This document shows positions 54,690 through 64,000 of a stretch of DNA of 64,000 bases, piece after piece. The stretch lies in the NCBI GenBank assembly GCA_964016885.1, contig OZ024747.1, forward strand, positions 60,822,001-60,886,000. Reading direction: 5' to 3'. The DNA comes from Eledone cirrhosa (Eukaryota). Position 1 is the first letter of the stretch. Each line of letters begins with the position of its first letter. The notes under the pieces are model-generated. The model saw only the letters and a program-made list of their open reading frames with translations, was not told where the DNA came from and made no database searches. The position numbers were made by a program, and so were the translations under genes.

Positions 54690-54865
54690 GACCCCTTAGC
54701 CTTTGTCAAGGCAGAATTCTAGGAGAAGGAAAACTCTGATATAACACCTGCAACCCTGATGGTATCCAATGATGTTGACTTGTTCTTCTTTTTGGTAAAT
54801 ATCATCTTGGTTAAGAGAGTGGGACTGGCTTTGTGCAGTGCCTTTGCTCACTATAAAAGCTTCAC
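54690..54865 (+). mobile_element. RTE 5'-UTR-like dispersed repeat (also 56165-56390 + and ~34825-34900 -)
   Basis: CTAGGAGAAGGAAAACTCTGA motif recalled from RTE 5' regions; three related copies in the window. Confidence 0.5.
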
Positions 54866-55574
54866 AGTGGAGTGGTGGTGGTGGTGGTGGTAGTGGTGGT
54901 GGTGTCAGTGGTGGTGGTGGTGGTGGCGGTGGTAGTTGTGGTGGTGCTGGTGCTGGCAATGGTGGTGATGGTGGGGTGGCAATGGTGTTTGTGGCAGTGG
55001 TTGTGGTGGTGGCAGCAGCGGTGGTGTTGATGGTGGTGAGGTGAGTAGTACTGTAGGGTTGATGTGCACTTCATAACAACTGGCGCATCACATAGCTAAT
55101 GTTGCATTCTACATGAAACGTTGCATCACTGTTACCCATCAAACTGTGCAGAACCTCTCATGTCGTGCAACATACATAACAAAATTAAATAACAAAAGCT
55201 TAGTCTATTGGAACACTTCAGATTTCTTCACCATATTGACACTGTAACAGTTGTTAGGTGGTTGCCATGACTGCCACAGTCATAGTACAGTGATGCGGGA
55301 CATTTGAGAGTTGGTTGTCATGGCTATGGACATGATAGAATGTTATGGGAGACTTGAGAGGCAGTTGTCATGGCCACAGACACTGTACAAAGTAGTGAAG
55401 TAGAATATTCGAGAGGTAGTCATCATAATATATATATGTATATATAAAATATTAAAAAAATAATGAATAAAACAATGAAACAGTTCCTTATATTAAACAA
55501 AAAAAGTTCATTATTTAACGATCGTTTCTAGGATATATATGTGTTAGAATTGGCAATGGTGGTGATGGTGGGGT

Positions 55575-55910
55575 GGAAAAAAGTCTGCTCTATGTAGGTA
55601 ACAGAGCTTAATAGTTATGTAATAAACAACATAAGGCAATTATTCCATTTACCAGTGGTTTCTTAAAAGCAAAAGATTTTGCTTTCAATCCTCAGAATGA
55701 AAAAATCCTGGTCTGTTTATTGAATTTGGATTTTAAAAACCTAGGTTTTTAAAATCCAAATTCAATAAACAGACCAGGATTTTTTCATTCTGAGGATTGA
55801 AAGCAAAATCTTTTGCTTTTAAGAAACCACTGGTAAATGGAATAATTGCCTTATGTTGTTTATTACATAACTATTAAGCTCTGTTACCTACATAGAGCAG
55901 ACTTTTTTCC
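55575..55910. repeat. 336-bp spacer-less palindrome
   Basis: GGAAAAAAGTCTGC...AAAAACCTAGGTTTTT...GCAGACTTTTTTCC, centre 55742/55743; no mismatch seen by eye. Confidence 0.95.
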
Positions 55911-55935
55911 TGGACTTTTCCGACGGAATTACTTC

Positions 55936-55973
<38 letters not shown>

Positions 55974-55978
<5 letters not shown>

Positions 55979-56088
55979 TCTACTTTTGGCACAAGGCCAG
56001 CAATTACCCAGTGCATTACTGGTACTTTATTTATCGACCCCGTATGGATGAAAGGCAAAGTTGACCTTGGCAGGATTTGAACTCAGAA
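55974..56088 (-). mobile_element. SINE family B fragment
   Basis: Reverse complement of the central domain and tail. Confidence 0.8.
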
Positions 56089-56886
56089 TATATAATATTC
56101 AAAATGTTAATTTCTTTGCGCGGGGACATAGAAATAATCGGGCTGGATACCCGATCGTGCAGTTAAACCACTCGGAGTGAAGGACTCCTAGCCCTTTTTC
56201 AGAGCATTCTTCTAGGAGAAGGCATCTCAGGAAACTGGGTTAACTCCGACATAAAACCTGCAGCTCAGTAGTTACCGATGATGTTGAACTTTTCTTCTTT
56301 TCGGGTTATGGCTACTGTCGCTCAGAGAGTGGGATTGGCTCAGTGCACAGTCTCTCCTCACTTTCAAAATATTCTTCACACACAGGCATTGCACGATTGC
56401 ATTAATTAATAACTATTAATAGTGTTATTGTTATTATTGTTATGACCATGCTGTAAAATGGAGGGGTAGAGAGGGCCCATGAGTCCAGTAAGACATCAAC
56501 TCTAGTACTGGTGGCACGAATAAAAGCACCCAGTCCATGCTGTAAAGTAGTACTGGTGTTAAGAAGGGCATCCAATCAGTGTATTAATGCCAAAACAATT
56601 ATGAGCACAACAAATATATATATATATCATCATCATCATCGTCTATCTTCCACGCTAGCATGGTTATATATATTCATATTACATAGTAACATGTGCTTAT
56701 GCCGTATTTGACTAAATAGAATTAGTCTGTTAGTTGGGATTTGAAAAAAACATTCTGAATGGAAAAAAGGATGAGTATTGATGTACATGGGACACAAACT
56801 CACATCTTTGCGTTGCTGGGCCAATGTGTTACCATTACACCAACACACCACCCATGCTTCCTTCCATTCAATTAGAATCTATGTAA

Positions 56887-56932
<46 letters not shown>

Positions 56933-56933
<1 letters not shown>

Positions 56934-57313
56934 GAGGGTAATCCAAAGCGATGGGGACGCAGAGAAACTGTTCGTACGGCTGTTGGCAACACTGTTGTGA
57001 TTGGTGCTTCCTACACTCCCAAACAACCATGTGCGCGCTTCGCTCACTGGGATGCTCAATCTTGGCTTGGCAGCCGTTGAGAATGGAGCTCCTGTTGAAC
57101 GCTACCGCCAAGTGCGAATTTCGTGCAGTTATTATATAGAGGGCAATCCCAAAAGTAAGGTCTCCTTCCGAGGAAAACATGCGTAAAGATCGGCGGATCA
57201 CTTTGGATGCTCTCTGCATTTTGGTTCCTGAGGTTTCCCAAGGCACCATCCACAGGATTTTAATGGAAAAGTTGCAATATCAGAAGGAGACCTTACTTTT
57301 GGGATTGCCCTCA
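56933..57313 (+). mobile_element. Mariner deletion derivative with an extra internal TIR
   Basis: TA|CGAGGG terminus; MELLLNATAKCEFRAVI and DRRITLDAL...VSQGTIHRILMEKL (mariner HTH-region pieces); inverted repeat 57139-57168/57283-57312. Confidence 0.8.
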
Positions 57314-57419
57314 TATATAAACAAACTCATAAGGAACACATATATATCTTTAAACATAAGCGTAGATACATGAGTATGGGCTACCTTCAACAGTGTGGCT
57401 CGATGAATAAATAAATTAA

Positions 57420-57640
57420 CACTTTAGTATTTAAACTAGCCATATCCAGCCAGAATTCTCTCACCTCTTTCTGTTCAAACTAGCTGTAACTGGCCACTCA
57501 TACTGATGTTAAGGTATTGTCCTCAAAATAAATAATATCAATATTTTATAGATTCGATTTTATGTGAGATAATTATGTAAGGTAAAGCCTTCACCATGAA
57601 AACATAATAGCAAATATAGAGTAATGTAAATGCTAAAGAG
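57420..57640. mobile_element. piggyBac-like MITE
   Basis: TTAA-flanked family copy. Confidence 0.78.
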
Positions 57641-57813
57641 TTAAATAAATAATTATTAATCAGAGGTATCTTAAAATTATAAGTTTGAAGAACAGTCAGA
57701 TAAAATTTACCTAAATTTCTTCTTAGTCTAACTAGACAAATAATCATTTAAATGAAGCTAAGTTTAAAATTTAAGTTTGAAGAAATAATGGATAAATGTT
57801 AACGATACTCTTC

Positions 57814-57901
57814 TATTCCTGACTGTCGACAGTTTCGCTTGTACTTTGTGGAAATGTCTAATCATGCATTATCCATGAGGCCCCAAGCTTATCAAGAGAT
57901 A
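57814..57901 (-). ncRNA. Degenerate hammerhead ribozyme
   Basis: TTGATAA (decayed CTGATGA)-GCTTG...CAAGC-GAAA-CTGTCGACAG-TC; stem I is weak. Confidence 0.5.
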
Positions 57902-57925
57902 ATTATATATATATATATATATATA

Positions 57926-58134
57926 TAGGAACCAGTAAGACCCCCTACGGCTGAGCTCAAGCCGTTTCGATGGCTAATTCTGGACTAAAACTATTTTAGT
58001 CCAGAATTAGCTGTCGAAACGGCTTGAGCTCAGCCGTCGGGGTCTTACTGGTTCCTATTACCCACTCTACTACCCTAAGTATTGAGTACTTTGGTGCGTT
58101 ATGGTCCACCTGGTTCCTTACCACATTTCCTTCG

Positions 58135-58137
<3 letters not shown>
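57926..58137 (+). mobile_element. Hairpin + tail insertion, family of 50920
   Basis: ~64-bp arms across 57926-58057; tail nearly identical to 51030-51109. Confidence 0.8.
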
Positions 58138-58170
<33 letters not shown>

Positions 58171-58174
<4 letters not shown>

Positions 58175-58394
58175 GAGTTAAACAAGATTCAATGAGTACA
58201 TCAAAGAATGAGTTTTACAGTAGATTGGAAGCACTCTACAGTTAATATTTTCCAGAGTTATTAATATTAAAATACAAATATTAATAAAATAGATGTTCTT
58301 GTGATCAATTAAATTTTATTATAATCAATCTTATTATAATAAAATTTAATTGATCACAAGAACATCTATTTTATTAATAGTTGTATTTTAATAT
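58171..58394 (-). mobile_element. Tail + hairpin insertion in (TA)n
   Basis: ~62-bp arms across 58264-58394; GAGTGCT on the minus strand at 58230. Confidence 0.7.
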
Positions 58395-58520
58395 ATATAT
58401 ATATATATTTATATATACACATATGGGAGGGTCATATATAAATAAATATATAAATAAACAAAAACAAGATGGCGTAGGACAGAACAAAGGAGAGGCACAA
58501 AACAAAGAAAAGAATCTCCA

Positions 58521-58563
58521 GTCACTGAAGAGGTCACAGAATGTGTGACGAAAGAACTTTGAC
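58521..58563 (+). ncRNA. Minimal type I hammerhead ribozyme
   Basis: GTCA-CTGAAGA-G-GTCACA-GAATG-TGTGAC-GAAA-GAAC-TT-TGAC. Confidence 0.65.
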
Positions 58564-58707
58564 AATATATGAACAACCGTCCGGTTATTGAACCAACCAA
58601 CCGGAAATTTATAAATTCTTAAATTTATAAATTTAATTTATAATAAATTGGAATGAAAGCAACTGGTGCGTGTGTTTCTTATTGGCAACAAGACCCTCCC
58701 AAAGCAT

Positions 58708-58774
<67 letters not shown>

Positions 58775-59454
58775 AATTAATAAAAATAATGAATAAAAAC
58801 AAAGAAACAGTTCCTTATATTAAAAAATTCATCATTTTACGATCGTTTCTAGGATATATATGTGTGTGTTGGTATGTATATCATATAGATCTATGTAAAA
58901 GTTTTACAAACTATCAGAGGGAATATACATACCTACACATATATATATATTTATCTACATATATTTATATATATATTTATATATATATATTTATATACAT
59001 ATATATTTATATATATATATATATATATTTTATATATATACATATATATATTTATATATATATTTATATATATTTATATATATATATATATTTATTTATA
59101 TATTTATATTTATTTATTTATATTTATTTATATATGGATTCTGCTAATGATGACCATATTGATTTATTGATTGGTTTGACTTATTCTCCAATTCAGACTC
59201 TACAAGAATAATCAAAGAAGTTGATCTGATTATGATAACCATCTCAAGCTATTGAAGTGGTCTGACCTATTTATTTTTCAATTCACAGACTGTTTTTGCC
59301 ATCTTGGATCTGGTCATGCTCCTTATATTTAAGTTGCTTGAGACTTTATATATCCTCAGGGAATGATATTTTGTTGACCCATTAGCGATATGTATAATAT
59401 GTTCTATCATCATCATCATTTTATATATATATATATATAAGAGAGAGAGGGAGA

Positions 59455-59700
59455 GAATATTAATTCCACAACAATTAGCAAAAAATCCTTTTTAGGTGAA
59501 GCATGTGTTCACAAGTATGGTTTTGTAATTGTTGTGGAATTAACTCTATACCCAACTCGTCCTTTGGACTGAGTGCTCTACCAACTTTGGATATAACCTT
59601 CTGATTTTTCACTACTCTCTTTCTCTCTCTCAAGCGTTAACCTAATATATAGCTTCCTTATACTGTACCGATTGTGTTGTTATTTCTGTTTACCTTTTAC
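59455..59700 (+). mobile_element. Short fold-back + tail insertion
   Basis: Inverted repeat 59460-59477/59526-59543; GAGTGCT at 59571; (TA)n flanks. Confidence 0.6.
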
Positions 59701-59709
59701 ATACATATA

Positions 59710-59757
<48 letters not shown>

Positions 59758-60232
59758 GATAAATCTACCAAGAGTTTACGGTAGTGTCCGATCCGTATGA
59801 AGAACTCAATGTATTCCGGATATCATGGAAAGAAGAGATGTAATGAAAAATCACTTTCGGTGAAAGATAAACGGTATACAGAGTCAAGATAAAATATTAA
59901 ACAAATAATGAATAAACAATTCCTTATATTAAACAAAAAAAAGTTCATTATTTAACGATCGTTTCTATATATATTCATTATTTAACGATTTAAAAAAAAG
60001 TTCATTATTTAACGATCGTTTCTATATATATATATATATATTTATATAAGGAAGAGAGAGGGTATCACATATTCAACATCAGTTTATTCTATTACATCAT
60101 CCCATTATGCACATTTCAAAGGCATCAAAATGTTTTTATTTAACTATTACTCAATGTGTAGTCACCAGACAGAGAGTTCAAATGTAAGTAAAAATGATTT
60201 TTTTATATGCTTGCCTTACTCATATATATTTG

Positions 60233-60440
60233 AGGGGTGATTGAAAAGAAACAGCAGTATATACAAATATTTACTTGATTTTTTTTTTTCAACATAGTCT
60301 CTCTTTGGGTCCACACACTTCTTTCACCAGTACTGACATGCATGGATCTTGCTGAAGTAGAACACCTTAGTTTGGTCCTCCAGATAGGTGTCCACAGCAT
60401 CTATGATGTCATCATCTGTGGCGTAGTGTTGTCCGGCCAA
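60233..60440 (-). pseudogene. Mariner transposase C-terminal fragment with right end
   Basis: Minus strand HYATDDDIIDAVDTYLEDQTKVFYFSKIHACQYW*KKCVDPKRDYVEK resembles the mariner W.KC....G.YVE terminus. Confidence 0.75.
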
Positions 60441-60491
60441 CAATTGATCAAAATTGTTGGTCTTGTGCCTAAATTTGAAACCATTATTATT

Positions 60492-60680
60492 ATTGGCAGT
60501 ATCGGTAGAGAGTCGGATGCCATGCTTTGCAGCAAAGAGTTACGGCCCTTGCCATTCTGAGTTCAAATCCCGCCGAGGTTAACTTTGCCTTTCATCCTTA
60601 CGGGGTCGATAAAATAAAGTACCAGTAATGCACTGGGTAATTGCTGGCCTTGTGCCAAAAGTAGAAACAATTATTATTAT
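60492..60680 (+). mobile_element. SINE family B
   Basis: Family consensus match. Confidence 0.85.
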
Positions 60681-61267
60681 CGCTCTCTCCCTCCTTCTCT
60701 CTTTCTCTCACACTTTCTCTCCCTCTCTCTCCCTCTCCCTTGCTCTCTCTCTCTCTCCCTTGCTCTCTCTCTCTCTTGCTCTCTCTCTCTCTCTCTAACC
60801 CTCCCTCTCATTCTCTCCTTCTCTCCCTCCCTCACTTTCTCTCCGTCTCTCTTTCCCCCACTCTCTCTGTCTGTCTCTCCCTCTCTCTCCAACTGATATC
60901 AACCAATAGCATTCTACTCTAGCACTTCTCTCTCATCTAATAATTACAACTTCCAAGATGAAACAGACAAAAACTAATTATTTTTTCTTCGTTATTATTT
61001 TTCTTTGACATTTATGTCCACAATTCTTTAAACAAAAATATTGCTGCTGCTGTTGTTGTTGGTAGAGGTAATAGTAGTAGTAATGGTTGTTCTTGTTAGT
61101 AGTAGTAGTAGTACTTGTTGTTGTTAGTAGTAGTAGTAGTAGTAGTAGTTGTTGTTGTTAGTGGTGGTGGTGGTTGGTAGTAGTAGTAGTAGTAGTAGTT
61201 GTCTTTATGTTGGTGATTGCTCCAGTTTACTCAGCTGTAGAAACTGGTAGTAGCAAGTTAACCTTAA

Positions 61268-61485
61268 CCCTTTAATATTCAAACTGGCCAAAACCAGCCA
61301 GAATTCTCTACCTCTTTCTGTTGAAACTGGCTGTAACTGGCCACTGAAACTGATGTTAAGGTATTCTTCTAAAAATAAATACTTTCAAAATCCCATAGAT
61401 TAGATATTATGAGATAATTATGCAAGGTAAAGCCTTTACCATGAAAATATAATAGTATATATAGAGTAATGTGGATACTAAAGGG
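61268..61485. mobile_element. piggyBac-like MITE
   Basis: TTAA|CCCTTTAATATTC ... GATACTAAAGGG|TTAA. Confidence 0.82.
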
Positions 61486-61519
61486 TTAAATCTGAAACCT
61501 GGCTCTAATACTTACAACA

Positions 61520-62212
61520 GAATAAATTCCACTAAGGTAACCAAGGACCAGGTAGTCGTGTTAAGCAGGTCTTCAGAATCTACTACCCAAGGACCGGGTG
61601 GTGGTGTTAAGCTGGTTAACAGATTAAATCTACCACCTAAGGACTGGTGGTGGTGTTAAGCTGGTTAACATATTAAATCTACTACCCAAGGACTGGTGGT
61701 GGTGTTAAGCTGGTTAACAGATTAAATCTACCAACCAAGGACTAGGTGGTGGTGTTAAGCTGGTTAACATATTAAATCTACCACCCAAGGACTGGTGGTG
61801 GTGTTAAGCTGGTTAACAGATTAAATCTACCACCCAAGGACCAGATGGTGATGTTATATGGGTCAACAGATTAAATCTACCACCTAAGGACTAGGTGGTG
61901 GTGTTAAGCTGGTTAACAGATTAAATCTACCACCTAAGGACTAGGTGGTGGTGTTAAGCTGGTTAACAGATTAAATCTACCACCCAAGAACCGGTGGTGG
62001 TGTTAAGCTGGTTAACAGATTAAATCTACCACCCAAGGACCAGATGGTGATGTTATATGGGTCAACAGATTAAATCTACCACCCAAGGACCAGATGGTGA
62101 TGTTAAGCTGGCCAACAGAATCTACCACCCAAGGACCAGGTGGTCATGTTATATGGGTCAACAGATCAAATCTACCACCCATTGACCAGGTGGTGTTGTT
62201 AAGCAGGTCAAC
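61520..62212. repeat. ~49-bp minisatellite, ~14 copies
   Basis: GGTGGTGGTGTTAAGCTGGTTAACAGATTAAATCTACCACCCAAGGACT repeated. Confidence 0.92.
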
Positions 62213-62219
62213 ATTTTAA

Positions 62220-62425
62220 CACTTTAGCACTTACGTTACTCCATATTTGTTATTATATTCATAGTAAAGTCTTTATCTCACATAATATCGAATCTATGAG
62301 ATTTTGATATTATTTATTTTGAGAACAATACCTTAACATCAGTATGAGTGGCTGGTTACAACCAGTTTGGACAGAAAGTGGTAAGAGCATTCTGACCAGA
62401 TATGGCCATTTTAATTGCTAAGGGG
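62220..62425. mobile_element. piggyBac-like MITE
   Basis: TTAA-flanked family copy. Confidence 0.75.
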
Positions 62426-62674
62426 TTAAATCTACCATGCAATAAAAGCAATGGGGCTATCTGTATAGTCCCTGTGTACCAAAATTCACTCAGAATCTTT
62501 TGGTTAGCCTCGGGTTAGACATTCAATGAAGGTGCTGAAACAGTGAGAGTGAACTGAAAACCATGTCACTCCAAAATAAACTATTTAGTCCTACATATAT
62601 GTCTGCATGTGTCTTTATTGGTTTTTGAAAGTAAATAGTTGTTGTCTTTGATTGATTCTTTATGTTATTGTGTT

Positions 62675-63320
62675 GTATGTCTCTCTGTCTGTATATGAAG
62701 TGGCATGAGTGTGTATGTGTGTATGTATGTGTGTATGTAGTGGCATTGACATGAGATTCTGTCTCTGTCTATGTATATGAAGTGGCATGTGTGTGTATGT
62801 ATGTGTGTATGTAGTGGCATTGACATGAGATTCTGTCTGTCTGTATATGAAGTGGCATGTGTGTGTGTGTGTGTGTGTATGTGTGTATGTAGTAGCATTG
62901 ACATGAGATTCTGTGTCTGTGTGTGTGTGTATATGAAGTGGCATGAGTGTGTATGTGTGTATGTAGTGGCATTGACATGAAATTCTGTGTGTCTGTGTGT
63001 GTGTATATATATATATGTAGTGGCATTGGTATGTGTGTGCGTTTATGTCTGTATGTGCAGTAGCATTGACATGAGAGTGTGTGTCTATGTGTGTGTGTGT
63101 GTATGTCTGTATATGTAGTGGCATTGGCATGAGTGCGTATGTGTGTGTGTATGTGTGTAGTTGTATAGGCATGTTGTTGCTGGTGTATTCATATGTGTCT
63201 GTGTGAGTGTAGTTGTCATTGGCATGAGTGTGTGTATGTGTGTGCATATATATAGCTGTATAGGCATGTTGATGCTTGTGTATGTAGTTGCAGTCACAAG
63301 TGTATGTGTATGTAGTTGTA
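62675..63320. repeat. TG-rich minisatellite with GTAGTGGCATTGACATGAG units
   Basis: Direct reading. Confidence 0.85.
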
Positions 63321-64000
63321 GAGATGTGTGTATGTGTTCTTTATATATATATATATATATGTCTGAGTATCTTGGTAAATCTGATTTTTGTATTTTAGTA
63401 TGTGTAATTTGTACCATAATATATGTATGTATGTGTATACAATGATGTGCGTGTGAGTTTGTCAATATGTATGGCTGTTCCCCCCCCCCTCTCTCTCTCC
63501 ATCTACCTATCTATCTATCCCTACCATTCTCAACACTTTCTCTCTACCATTTCTTTTCTCACTATCTCTTTATGTTTTGTTAATATATCTTTAATGAACC
63601 AGAAATGAAATTTCCAATGACTTTCAAAAGCCTCAAAGATATAAAATAAATATTCCATTCCCCCTTTCCACTCCACCCAGCACCGCCTACTTACTACTCC
63701 ATTCCACTGCCAGCACCCTCTACAAAAAAATGTCAATTAAATGTTGTGACCATTTTTAATATTAATTAATTATTTAACGACTAGACAGTCTGCTTAAAAA
63801 ACTATGAACAAACTTTTTTTAAATAAAAAACAAACTGAGTTGGAACATCTCATCAAAACAGCTACACTTTTGTCTGTGAATTTCTAAACAAAGAACATTG
63901 AATATAACACAATTTCAGCTTTTTTTATTTAAAACTAAACCATTCTTTTATTGCATTCGTGAATTTTATATAGAATAGTAATAATATTTGATTTGTTTAC

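Noticed and set aside
60100-60175. Minus-strand CTGGTGA...GAAATGTGCATA hammerhead-like relic
   Set aside because: The core is mutated and stems I and II are weak; too decayed to call.

Overview
AT-rich, repeat-saturated non-coding animal DNA (intergenic or a large intron). The SINE types and the density of (TA)n/(CA)n/trinucleotide tracts suggest a coleoid cephalopod such as Octopus; this is an inference. No intact protein-coding gene is supportable. Nearly all listed ORFs are microsatellite translations, and the rest are fragments of RTE, CR1-type and Ingi/Vingi-like LINEs or mariner transposases. The window holds two tRNA-derived SINE families, piggyBac-, hAT-, Tigger- and mariner-type MITEs, and several minisatellites, one built from a SINE 3' end. 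The most notable signal is a set of about 15 short fold-back (hairpin + tail) insertions, mostly next to (TA)n tracts and from several sequence families. About 10 type I hammerhead ribozyme folds, intact or decayed, lie in or beside them, and most tails share a GAGT(G/A/T)CT motif. This architecture best fits non-coding terminal (pLTR) remnants of Penelope-like retroelements or retrozyme-like RNAs. All folds were paired by eye.
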